The notes: a model not told the origin generated them from the sequence alone. A stretch of 17,309 nt of DNA from Thermoproteaceae archaeon (GCA_020833025.1 JAJHRB010000032.1:1-17309), one strand, 5' to 3'; shown: positions 1-8,495, counted from the first letter of the stretch. Numbers and translations: made by a program.

Positions 1-102
1 AGTGTAAGTATTGCTGTAGTGCTATCTTGGATTGGCTGCTGGGTTCGTAGGCGCCCGCCGTGCAAACTGCACGTGGAAATTTTGATGCAGTATTGTTATC
101 CA

Positions 103-879
103 ATGGGCGTGTCGGTGCTCCGCTCGCCTCGCGTCGGGCTGATAGCATCGTGGGGCTCGGAGGAGCTGGTCTCGGCGCTTGCCGACGTGCTGTACCGCGG
201 CGTGCCGCTGGAAGAGGCCCTGCGCTCGCAGACGCCAGAGGTCGTGGAGAGGCGCGTGGCGCTGCTCTTCAGGCGCGGCCACTGGAGTGCCTTCGAGTTC
301 ATGGGCGCGCAGTTCCTGGTCGAGTGCTCCCGCGCGTGTCACTTGCAGTTCGTCAGGCACAGGCTCGCGTCCTACTGGGCAGAGTCCCAGCGCCGCGTCG
401 ACTACGCCGCCGCCGGCATCAGGTTTGTCGTGCCGCTCGGCTTCCCAGAGGAGCCCCTGAGGAGGGCTTACGAGGAGTACCTGAGGCTGAGGGAGCGCCA
501 CCCGCCCGAGGTGGCGAGAGCGGTGCTCCCGAACGCCGCAGCGGTGAGGTTCGCCGTGCAGATGAATGCCCGCGAGCTACTGCTGAACTTCGCGCCCCAG
601 CGGTGCGCATACGCGGCACAGGCTGAGATTAGACACGCGTGCTGGCAGATGCTGGCAATCGCGTGGAGGCTGTGGCCGCGGCTGGCAAGGCTTGTCTGGG
701 AGGAGCTCCCGCGGCTTCACAGGGACTTCTGCTCCGGCGTTCCCGAGGGCGAGGACTGCCGCCTTCACGCCATAAGAGACGCCGAGGAGAGACACGGCCC
801 GCTGCCTTGCCCCGCCTCCCCGCATTCCGGCGACTCACTTCACCTTTTTCCGCCTTGTCGGGACAGACCCCCATCCTAG
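103..879 (+). CDS. thyX: FAD-dependent thymidylate synthase ThyX
   Basis: GHWSAFEF and RHRLASYWAESQR (RHR-x7-S-x-R ThyX signature), plus ARAVLPNA and MNARELL. Start taken as ATG 103 (GTG 109 is possible) rather than ORF-track 19. The last ~24 codons are encoded by the C-rich repeat region. Confidence 0.88.
   Translation: MGVSVLRSPRVGLIASWGSEELVSALADVLYRGVPLEEALRSQTPEVVERRVALLFRRGHWSAFEFMGAQFLVECSRACHLQFVRHRLASYWAESQRRVDYAAAGIRFVVPLGFPEEPLRRAYEEYLRLRERHPPEVARAVLPNAAAVRFAVQMNARELLLNFAPQRCAYAAQAEIRHACWQMLAIAWRLWPRLARLVWEELPRLHRDFCSGVPEGEDCRLHAIRDAEERHGPLPCPASPHSGDSLHLFPPCRDRPPS
809..828 (+). repeat. 20-bp direct repeat GCCCCGCCTCCCCGCATTCC, copy 1 (inside thyX 3' end)
   Basis: Identical to 881..900, read directly from the sequence. 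Confidence 0.9.
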
Positions 880-880
880 T

Positions 881-900
881 GCCCCGCCTCCCCGCATTCC
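881..900 (+). repeat. 20-bp direct repeat GCCCCGCCTCCCCGCATTCC, copy 2 (just after thyX stop)
   Basis: Identical to 809..828; period 72 bp. Confidence 0.9.
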
Positions 901-1005
901 GCTCCGGCGTAAATTCCAAATTGGCGCCTCCGGTGACAACTCAACGAGAGAGCCGAAGGAGGGCGTCAGGTATCCAGCAGGAAGAGAACCTTTGGAGTCT
1001 CCACC

Positions 1006-1035
1006 GGGCCTTAAGGCCCTCAGTTAAGTTTTTAA
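1006..1035 (+). promoter_or_regulatory. htpX promoter: perfect 14-bp palindrome GGGCCTTAAGGCCC (1006-1019) plus TATA-like TTTTTAA (1029-1035)
   Basis: The palindrome is seen directly. The TATA ends ~22-23 nt before GTG 1058, matching the spacing at other genes here. Confidence 0.55.
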
Positions 1036-1057
1036 GCGCAGCAAGAACCACGTCCCC

Positions 1058-2113
1058 GTGATCCCGCTGCTTGATCCTATATCATTCGCGCTGTATGTAG
1101 TTGGCTACATAGTCATGCTGCTAGTGGCCTCGGCAGTAGCGCCGAGAGTTGCCAGCGCGGTCTCGGGCCGTTTCACGCTTTACGGCGCCATGGCGCTTGC
1201 AGCCGCGCTCATAGTTCTGACGACAGCGCTGGTGATATACCTATTCTTGACAGTGGCGGCGCCTGCCGTGACTAGATGGGGTTTGAATTTCTTTATCGGG
1301 ATGATACTTTTCGTCGTATTCATGAACCTTGTAACTTACTTGGCATCTCCATATATAATTAACGCCGCGTATGGCGCGCGGCCCGATGCAAGGCTCCAGC
1401 GCATAGTTGACGAGGTCGCCTCCAGGCTCGGGCTAGCTTTTAGAGTCAGGGCTGTTGTCGTTGACGGCCCCCCGAATGCGTTTGCCTACGGCAACCTCCT
1501 TACCGGGAGGTATGTTGCAGTGACGACGGGAATGCTCGCAATAGCCGATAGGAGGGAGCTCGAGGCCGTAATAGGGCACGAGCTAGGCCACCACGCGCAC
1601 AGGGACAACGCTTTAATGCTGCTCTTCGGCCTTCTGCCGTCCGTAATTTACTACCTTGGCATCTCCTCCGTGCACATGGCACTGGCCTCCTCCTCCGAGA
1701 GTCGCGGCGGGGGCTCTGCCGTTCTTGCAATTTTCGGGGTGATTGCCGTGATTATATCATTTCTCGTGCAGCTGCTAGTCCTCGCCTTTAGCAGGCTGAG
1801 GGAGTATTATGCAGATATGGCCGGCGCTATAGCAGCAGGCAAAGAGACCATGCAATTTGCGCTGACAAAGATACACAAGTACTACCATGTGCACCCAGAG
1901 GATCGCGAGACTGTGAGAGACAGTAAGTTCAGGACGCTGTTTATATACGCTCTCGTGGGCGCGGTTGCCAATCCATTCATGGCGGTCACAAGAAGGGACG
2001 TTGAGGAGCTGAAGCGCGCCGAGTACCCGGCACTGATGGAGATCCTCTCGACACACCCGCCGATACCGAAAAGACTGAGATTCCTCGACGAGCTCCAGCT
2101 AGGAATTCCTTGA
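1058..2113 (+). CDS. htpX: HtpX-family membrane zinc metalloprotease (peptidase M48)
   Basis: N-terminal TM helices, PNAFAYG, HELGH (HExxH), FSRLREYYAD and STHPP motifs. Confidence 0.92.
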   Translation: MIPLLDPISFALYVVGYIVMLLVASAVAPRVASAVSGRFTLYGAMALAAALIVLTTALVIYLFLTVAAPAVTRWGLNFFIGMILFVVFMNLVTYLASPYIINAAYGARPDARLQRIVDEVASRLGLAFRVRAVVVDGPPNAFAYGNLLTGRYVAVTTGMLAIADRRELEAVIGHELGHHAHRDNALMLLFGLLPSVIYYLGISSVHMALASSSESRGGGSAVLAIFGVIAVIISFLVQLLVLAFSRLREYYADMAGAIAAGKETMQFALTKIHKYYHVHPEDRETVRDSKFRTLFIYALVGAVANPFMAVTRRDVEELKRAEYPALMEILSTHPPIPKRLRFLDELQLGIP

Positions 2114-2169
2114 GGTGAGAGCGGCTGGCAGTCACGAGTAAGGAAAGTAGGAGTGTCCTTTTTAGGGAC

Positions 2170-2304
2170 GTGTTCTGCGTGTACGTAAGCAGGGGCTGGG
2201 GGCGCGTGCTTGTGACGAGCGAAGAGTTGAGGGAGGATGACTGGGAGCTGGTCGCAGTCTGCACGACGTGGAGAGAGGCATACAGACGGGACTGGTCCTC
2301 GTAG
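2170..2304 (+). CDS. Putative 44-aa small protein (MFCVYVSRGWGRVLVTSEELREDDWELVAVCTTWREAYRRDWSS)
   Basis: GTG start to TAG, below the ORF-track cutoff. Fills the htpX-glnA gap with protein-like composition; may be truncated. Confidence 0.4.
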   Translation: MFCVYVSRGWGRVLVTSEELREDDWELVAVCTTWREAYRRDWSS

Positions 2305-2354
2305 TACACTCCAGTAAGTAGTCTAAATTTTTCGGCGAGCTGCAAGGCGCGCGG

Positions 2355-3650
2355 CTAGGCGGCTAACAGGTATCGCTCGTACTCCCATTCAGTGATGACA
2401 TTCCACGCCCTATCCCAGCTGTACTTGCTCGTGTAGCTCTCCCACTCAGCCCTCTTGAGTCTCAGGTATGCGTCAACGAGCTGCTGGGGGAGCTCGCGCG
2501 CGACGTTACTGCCAGCAAAGCGCTCGAGGGCCTCCCCCAGGTGCCTCGGGAGCTGCTCGACTCCCTCGAGCTCGTAGGCCACGCCTGTCACTGGCGGCGG
2601 CGGCTCCCTCCTCTCCTCAATGCCCCTAATAGCAGAGAGTGTCACAACTGCGAGTGCTAGGTATGGGTTCATTGATGGGTCTGGGTGTCTGTACTCAATT
2701 CTGTTAATCCTGCCGCCGTAATAGGGCACGCGCACGAGGGCAGACCTATTTGCAAGGCCCCAGACAATTCGCGTTGGCGCCTCGTGGTGGGGCACCAAGC
2801 GCTTGTAGGAGTTTACAGTGGGCGCGACGACAGCGGACATCGACACGGCACTCTCGAGAATCCCGGCCGCCGCATATTTTAACTCCTCGGTGGGCTCGCC
2901 GCTCGACGCGAAGAGATTGCGCCCGTCCCTCCACACAGAGAGGTGCACGTGAGCCCCGCTTCCGTTAATGCCCCAGAACGGCTTCGGCATGAACGTTGCA
3001 ATTAGTCCGTGCTTTGCCGCTATCGAGCGCGCCATTATTTTAAACACGAGCATGGCGTCGGCAACCTTGATCGGGTCCCTGGCGGGAATGTCCATCTCGA
3101 ATTGAGACGGCGCGACTTCGTGGTGCGTCTTGCTGCTCCCTATGCCGCATGCAGATATGTTGTCGACTATCTCCTCAATCACGGGCCTGTGCGCTGGCGC
3201 CACCACGTCAAAATAGCCGGCAGAATCGAGAAGCTGCGGCGGGCTTCCGCGGACGATGAAGTACTCGACCTCGATGCCCACCTTGACGTCATACCCCAGC
3301 GCCCTCGTCCTCTCAATTACAGCCTTCAGCACGCCTCTAGGGTCCATTGGAGAGTGCTTGCTGCCCTCCATGACATAAGTGAAGACGTAAGCGGACTTCC
3401 CGCCAGTCCATGTCTCGATATAGACAGAAGATGGGTCTGCCACTGCGACGTAATCGCTCTTATTCACGGTGGCATAGGCAGGAATGGACGAGCCGTCAAA
3501 GTTTATGCCGCCGATTAGCGCGTCCCTGGCCATATCTATCGGCTCTACTTCTACTCTCGGTCTGCCGTACATATCGACGATCACGAAATTCACATACTTA
3601 ACGCCGGCGCCGCGTAAGATTCTCCACACGTCGGCACCGTCCGCGTACAT
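2355..3650 (-). CDS. glnA: Glutamine synthetase type I
   Basis: FDGSSI, EVEYF, HHEVAPSQFE, FMPKP..NGSGAHVH, NSYKRL, NRSALVRVP and RIEYRHPDP..NPYL motifs. Confidence 0.95.
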   Translation of the reverse strand: MYADGADVWRILRGAGVKYVNFVIVDMYGRPRVEVEPIDMARDALIGGINFDGSSIPAYATVNKSDYVAVADPSSVYIETWTGGKSAYVFTYVMEGSKHSPMDPRGVLKAVIERTRALGYDVKVGIEVEYFIVRGSPPQLLDSAGYFDVVAPAHRPVIEEIVDNISACGIGSSKTHHEVAPSQFEMDIPARDPIKVADAMLVFKIMARSIAAKHGLIATFMPKPFWGINGSGAHVHLSVWRDGRNLFASSGEPTEELKYAAAGILESAVSMSAVVAPTVNSYKRLVPHHEAPTRIVWGLANRSALVRVPYYGGRINRIEYRHPDPSMNPYLALAVVTLSAIRGIEERREPPPPVTGVAYELEGVEQLPRHLGEALERFAGSNVARELPQQLVDAYLRLKRAEWESYTSKYSWDRAWNVITEWEYERYLLAA

Positions 3651-3670
3651 GCCGCCAGGCTACAACTGCA

Positions 3671-3768
3671 TTAATAAGCTTTACGCACAGAAAGGAGAAT
3701 GTGACGATTTCTGTATTAATTCACATAGAAACATAATGTTATATTTGATGGAATGTATCGATAATTCC
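3671..3768 (-). promoter_or_regulatory. glnA promoter: TATA-like TTATTAA (3677-3671) and upstream palindromes (3730-3740, 3750-3768)
   Basis: The TATA ends 21 nt before ATG 3650. The AT-rich intergenic region holds AACATAATGTT and GGAATGTATCGATAATTCC. Confidence 0.55.
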
Positions 3769-3859
3769 TTGACTTAAGAGCGATTATTTATTGTTGAAAT
3801 ACTGAATATCCTTGCTTTTATTTGCCTGCCATTGTTGTAAAGCTCGGCGCCAGCCCCCT

Positions 3860-4846
3860 CTATTGGGCCTCTGTAAGTGCCGCTATGTACTTTCCCACTT
3901 CAATTGTCTTGCTGTTGCCGCCGACGTCCGGGGTCTTGATACCTCTCTTCAGGCTCTCCACGACGGCCCTCCTGATGGCACTAGCCGCATCCTCCCTGCC
4001 CATCCACTCGAACATCATGGCGGCGGACAGTATCGTCGCTATGGGGTTCGCGATGCCTCTCCCCGCTATGTCAAAGGCAGCGCCGTGGACTGGCTCGAAC
4101 ATTGCCTTGCTGTCGCCGATATTAGCACTCGGCGCGAGGCCTATGCCGCCGGCGACCTGTGCCGCCAGGTCTGTGAGTATGTCGCCGTACTGGTTCGTCG
4201 TGAGTACGACGTCAAAGCGAAGCGGGTCCCTCACGAGCTCCATCGCGGCCGCGTCCACGTACACCTGCTCGACCTCAAGCCCCCTCAGCTCCTCCATTGC
4301 GACGTCCCTGAAGAGGCCGTCGACAACTCTCAGCACATTGGCCTTGTGCACTATTGTGACCTTGCGCCGCCGCATCTCCGCGTAGCGCCTGGCGACTCTG
4401 GCAACGCGCCTCGTGCCCTGCGCGGTTATTACCTTCAGCGCTATTGCCACGTCGCCGACCCTGTACTCGGCGCCGACGTAGACGTCCTCGACATTCTCTC
4501 TGACGAACACGCAGTCAATCTCCTTTATCGCAGTCGCTCCCGGCAAGCTCTTGACGGGCCTTATGTTTGCGTAGAGCAAGTACCTCATCCTGAAGAACGA
4601 AGTCACGTCGTAGGCGGACTCGCCTATAGGGCCCTTGAAGATTGCATCAGCCGCGTCTGCGAGGCTGAGGGTCTCGGGGGGCATCGGCACGCCGTACTTC
4701 CTCAACGCCACGTCTCCCGCCTCGGCCGTCTTTAGCTCTAGCTCCACGCCGTATTTCCTCGCTGTCGCGTTAATTACATAAAGCGCGGCCTCGACTACCT
4801 CCGGGCCGATGCCGTCGCCTGGAATGACCAGTACCTTATACGGCAT
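3860..4846 (-). CDS. leuB: 3-isopropylmalate dehydrogenase (isocitrate/IPM/homoisocitrate dehydrogenase family)
   Basis: IPGDGIGPEV, RENVEDVY, HKANVL, NQYGDILTD, GLAPSANIG and FEPVHGAAFDIAG motifs; adjacent to leuA-like and leuD. TATA-like TTTAAG ends at 4867, 21 nt before the ATG. Confidence 0.88.
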   Translation of the reverse strand: MPYKVLVIPGDGIGPEVVEAALYVINATARKYGVELELKTAEAGDVALRKYGVPMPPETLSLADAADAIFKGPIGESAYDVTSFFRMRYLLYANIRPVKSLPGATAIKEIDCVFVRENVEDVYVGAEYRVGDVAIALKVITAQGTRRVARVARRYAEMRRRKVTIVHKANVLRVVDGLFRDVAMEELRGLEVEQVYVDAAAMELVRDPLRFDVVLTTNQYGDILTDLAAQVAGGIGLAPSANIGDSKAMFEPVHGAAFDIAGRGIANPIATILSAAMMFEWMGREDAASAIRRAVVESLKRGIKTPDVGGNSKTIEVGKYIAALTEAQ

Positions 4847-4975
4847 GCTGGCACGGCAGCGCGGAACTTAAATCAATTGGCGAGGGCGCGCCAGACGCGC
4901 CTCTGGCAGCACCCCACGGCCGGGCTCGAGACGGCGGAGCACAAGGCGCCTCGGCGAGCTGGCCCCGGAAAGTGA

Positions 4976-6123
4976 CTAGCCAACCGAGGAGGTGTGCGCG
5001 CAATATCGTGACACGATTTCCTTGAGGGCGTTCTCGTCTATCTTTGTCTTTCTCGCGGCCAGCTCCTTCACCGCTGCCATCACGCAGCTCACCAGACTCT
5101 CGGTCGGCTCTGCGCCAATGTTTTTCAGGGCCCACTCAATTGCGTGCCTCCCCGAGTGCTTCCCGAGGACTATCCTCCTGACATTGCCGACGTCCTCCGG
5201 CCTTATTGGCTCGTAGGTGAACGGGCAGTTGAGCACTCCGTGCACGTGAATCCCGGACTCGTGCGAGAAGGCGTTCTCGCCGACTATAGCCTTGTTGGGC
5301 GGCAGGGGCACGCCGAAGAGCTTGGAGACGAGGCGCGAGAGCTCGCACAGCCTCTCCAGCCTCACGCCAGTCCTGGCGCCGAGCAGGTAATGAATAGCGG
5401 CGACGACCTCCTCTAGGGCTGCGTTTCCCGCCCTCTCGCCGAACCCATTTACTACCACCTGCGCCACGTCGCTCCCGCTTTCTATTGCCGCGATTGTGTT
5501 CGCCACTGCCATCCCGAAGTCATCGTGGCAGTGCACATGTATGGGTCTCTGCGGCAGCCTCTCCCTCAAGTAGCGTATGAGATATGCCATTCTGCTCGGC
5601 GTCATCACGCCCACGGTGTCAGGCACGTTGATCTCATCGGCGCCGGCCCTTATGGCAGTCTTGTAAACCTCGGCAAGAAAGTCCAAGTCCGTCCTTGTGG
5701 CGTCCTCGGCGCTGAAGAGAACCTCGACCCCGTACGACTTTGCATACTGGATCATTTCCTGCACCAGAGAAAGTACCTCGCCCCGGCTCATCTTGAGCTT
5801 GTACTTGAGGTGTATGTCGGACGTTGCCACGAAGATGTGTACCATGTCAGCGTCGGCCGACGCCGCCGCGTCCACGTCGCCCTTAGTCATCCTGGCGAGA
5901 CTAACGACCTTGGCGCGCGCGACTTCCTTGGCAATGCGCCTTATCGCCACGAGCTCGTCTCTCGACACCGCGGCAAATCCAGCCTCTATCATATCAACGC
6001 CGGCCTCGTCCAGCGCGAGCGCTATCTGCAACTTCTCGTCAGGCGTCAGCGCAACGCCGGGCATCTGCTCGCCGTCTCTAAGCGTTGTGTCAAAGATTTT
6101 AATTACGCGAGCCCCGATGACAT
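4976..6123 (-). CDS. leuA: 2-isopropylmalate synthase-like (LeuA/HCS/CimA family, no C-terminal regulatory domain); 5' end out of frame with the predicted start
   Basis: [11 protein letters not shown] lies in frame upstream of ORF-track ATG 6064, followed by [24 protein letters not shown] and HESGIH. No ATG/GTG/TTG is in frame upstream of [12 protein letters not shown] 6123 is promoter-placed but needs a -1 shift at the 6112-6115 run. Substrate specificity is inferred from context only. Confidence 0.8.
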
Positions 6124-6143
6124 GGGCGTCGCTGCACGCATAG

Positions 6144-6174
6144 TTTTAAAGCTTGGCGGGGAAAGAATTTTTAA
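6144..6174. promoter_or_regulatory. Back-to-back divergent TATA boxes for leuA (TTTAAAA, minus, 6150-6144) and leuD (TTTTTAA, plus, 6168-6174)
   Basis: Each ends exactly 21 nt before a start codon (ATG 6123, GTG 6195). Confidence 0.65.
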
Positions 6175-6194
6175 CGCAAAGCCTGCAGGTCGCG

Positions 6195-6683
6195 GTGATA
6201 ATCCGCGGCAGGGCCCTCGTCTATGGCGACAAGATAGACACGGACGTAATAATACCGGCGAGGTATCTCGTGTACACGGATCCCGCGCTCCTGGGCCAGC
6301 ACGCAATGGAGTCTGTCGACCCCGACTTTCCCAAGAAGGCAAGGGGCGCGATAGTAGTTGCGGGCCGCGCGTTTGGAATGGGCTCCTCCAGGGAGCAGGC
6401 AGCGCTGGCGCTGAAGGGCGCCGGGGTGCTTGCAGTTATCGCTGAGAGCTTTGCTCGTATATTCTTCAGAAATGCCATTAACGTGGGCCTTCCCGTAATG
6501 CAGGTGCCCGGAATTACAAAGAGGGTGCGAGAGGGCGACGAGCTGGAGGTGAACCTGGAGAGTGGGTACTGCCTTAATCTGAATACAGGCGAGAAAATAG
6601 TGGGTAAACCTGTCACCGGCCTGCCGCTATCAATTCTGAGAGCCGGCGGCCTACTGAATTATTTGAAACAGCAAAGTAGGTAA
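6195..6683 (+). CDS. leuD: 3-isopropylmalate dehydratase small subunit (LeuD/HacB family)
   Basis: GDKIDTDVIIPARYL, FGMGSSREQA and IAESFARIFFRNAINVGLP motifs. Start placed at GTG 6195 by TATA spacing. Confidence 0.9.
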   Translation: MIIRGRALVYGDKIDTDVIIPARYLVYTDPALLGQHAMESVDPDFPKKARGAIVVAGRAFGMGSSREQAALALKGAGVLAVIAESFARIFFRNAINVGLPVMQVPGITKRVREGDELEVNLESGYCLNLNTGEKIVGKPVTGLPLSILRAGGLLNYLKQQSR

Positions 6684-6738
6684 ATTTTGTAATGTGTGCT
6701 GACAGAATATTTATAAAGTCCGCTCCGCGCGCGACATT

Positions 6739-8466
6739 ATGTGTGGTATCTTTGGAGTTTTCAGCCTCTCAGGGGAGTACATAAGCGGTAATATAGTGTT
6801 GAGAGCTCTTACTGTTATGAGGGAGCGCGGGACTATGCACGGCGCAGGCGTGGCCCTCTACTCGCCCTCGCAACACGTTAGGGCTAAGCTATTCACGTAC
6901 AACTCACCCCGGAGCGCCGCGGAGGTGCGCAAGCTGCCCGGCGGTATTTATGACGTAACCATGTACGATAGCGATGAGACTGACGACACGCGCGGCGCTG
7001 TGCACGGCATTGTGTATGTAAGGAGTAAGTGGCTCGACATTTATAAAGTGATCGGCTGGCCTAAGGACCTGGACAGAGTGTATGGCGTCTCAGAGATGAG
7101 GTCCGTTGCATGGCTTGGTCACACGAGATACCCCACTAATAGTCCCGGCGGCCTTCCCTACTACAGCCACCCCTTCTCGGCGGGCGACGTTGCTATTGTC
7201 CATAACGGCGATTTAAGCTCTTACGGGGCAAATCTCAATCTGCTGAGATATAAATTTAGATACTATAACTTTACAGGAAATGATAGCGAAGTCATAGCAT
7301 ACTTACTCTGGGAGCTTTATAAGAGGTACGGCGTGGAGAAGGCAGTAGAAGAGCTCATGCACGGGAGAGAGATTAGATGGGCCAGACTTGACGGGCCTTA
7401 CGCAGTTCTGTTTATAATAGGAGGCCCTAAGCCTATATTCGGGGCGTTCGTGGATACGCAGCACTTCAGGCCTCTTTACGTGGGCGTGTCGAGAGAATTT
7501 GTCTATGCCGCCAGCGAGGCTGCGGCCATAAAGGCAGTTGGGGGCGGCGGGGTTGAAATATGGGCGCTGAGAGGGGGTGAGTACATAATTGCGGCTGGTG
7601 GTGAAGTCTGGGGGCATTACAAAAAGAGGGATGCGCTATACCACGACCTGCCGCCCCAGCCTCCTAATGCTATTGACGCCTCCCTTTACGGAGCCACAGA
7701 GCTAGCGCCTGCAATTAGGCAGCTGCTTAGTGAGATGGGACACGTTAGTGTAATTAATGTAATGGGTCACAGGTATCTCGGCAATGGAATGGAGAGTGGC
7801 ATTCTGAAGATTTGGGGCATTGTCGGCAACGCCTCTGGCAATGTAATGAGTGGCGGTGAGATCCACATATATGGCGACGCCCAGGACGACCTGGGCGACG
7901 CCATGAACGGCGGCTTGGTAGCCGTCTACGGCAACGTGGGCGACACGGTGGCCCAGGCCAAGCGGGGAGGCGAGATATATATATATGGCAGCGCCGGGAA
8001 TAGAGCTGGTATACAGCACAGAGGCGGCGTGCTAGTGATAGGCGGCTCTGCTGGAGACTACCTGGGCGAGTATATGGGGGGAGGCACTATACTAGTGCTC
8101 AGGCACACAAGCGATGAAGAGGTGGGGCGTAAAATAGGCGCGGGGATGGTCGGCGGGACTATTTACATTAGAGGCGAGGTGGACAGGGAGAAAATAGGTA
8201 GTGCTGGTGCTAGCAAGGCAATTACCGAGCGGTACCTGCGCGCACTGAGGCTGGCGGGCATAAATGCAGACCCCGGGAGCCTTCAAGACAATCTGCGCCG
8301 CCTTTTCTCGCTCTACCACGAAGTTGAGGTCAGAGAGCTCACAGAGGAGGAAGTTGCAACGCTTACGCCTTACGTGAGAAAGTTTAACACCCTATTTAAC
8401 GAGGACGCCTCAATAGAGAGGGAGGTATTTACAATTATAAGGGCTGGGGCGCTTCCGCGTGAGTAA
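6739..8466 (+). CDS. Glutamate synthase subunit: class II glutamine amidotransferase domain fused to GXGXG (GltB3-like) domain
   Basis: N-terminal MCGIFG nucleophile, GHTRYPT, HNGDL and DSEV motifs. C-terminal Gly-rich repeats (GNASGNVMSGG, GDYLGEYMGGG, GAGMVGG). TATA-like TTTATAAA 6710-6717. Confidence 0.88.
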   Translation: MCGIFGVFSLSGEYISGNIVLRALTVMRERGTMHGAGVALYSPSQHVRAKLFTYNSPRSAAEVRKLPGGIYDVTMYDSDETDDTRGAVHGIVYVRSKWLDIYKVIGWPKDLDRVYGVSEMRSVAWLGHTRYPTNSPGGLPYYSHPFSAGDVAIVHNGDLSSYGANLNLLRYKFRYYNFTGNDSEVIAYLLWELYKRYGVEKAVEELMHGREIRWARLDGPYAVLFIIGGPKPIFGAFVDTQHFRPLYVGVSREFVYAASEAAAIKAVGGGGVEIWALRGGEYIIAAGGEVWGHYKKRDALYHDLPPQPPNAIDASLYGATELAPAIRQLLSEMGHVSVINVMGHRYLGNGMESGILKIWGIVGNASGNVMSGGEIHIYGDAQDDLGDAMNGGLVAVYGNVGDTVAQAKRGGEIYIYGSAGNRAGIQHRGGVLVIGGSAGDYLGEYMGGGTILVLRHTSDEEVGRKIGAGMVGGTIYIRGEVDREKIGSAGASKAITERYLRALRLAGINADPGSLQDNLRRLFSLYHEVEVRELTEEEVATLTPYVRKFNTLFNEDASIEREVFTIIRAGALPRE

Positions 8467-8495
8467 CCTATATAGCCCGCCCCGGCCTCAAGTAG

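Noticed and set aside
19-102. N-terminal extension of ThyX from the ORF track
   Set aside because: Not ThyX-like; the homologous-looking sequence begins at ATG 103/GTG 109.
809-909. Mini-CRISPR array
   Set aside because: Only two 20-bp repeats, one inside a coding region. No AT-rich leader, no cas genes, and no resemblance to GAAA(C/G)-ended repeats.
3750-3768. NrpR operator
   Set aside because: GGAA and TTCC are separated by 11 nt, not 6.
3009-4735. Long plus-strand ORFs opposite glnA and leuB (and similar ones at 5525..6445, 11359..12060, 16253..16912)
   Set aside because: Antisense shadows of well-supported GC-rich genes, with no motifs.
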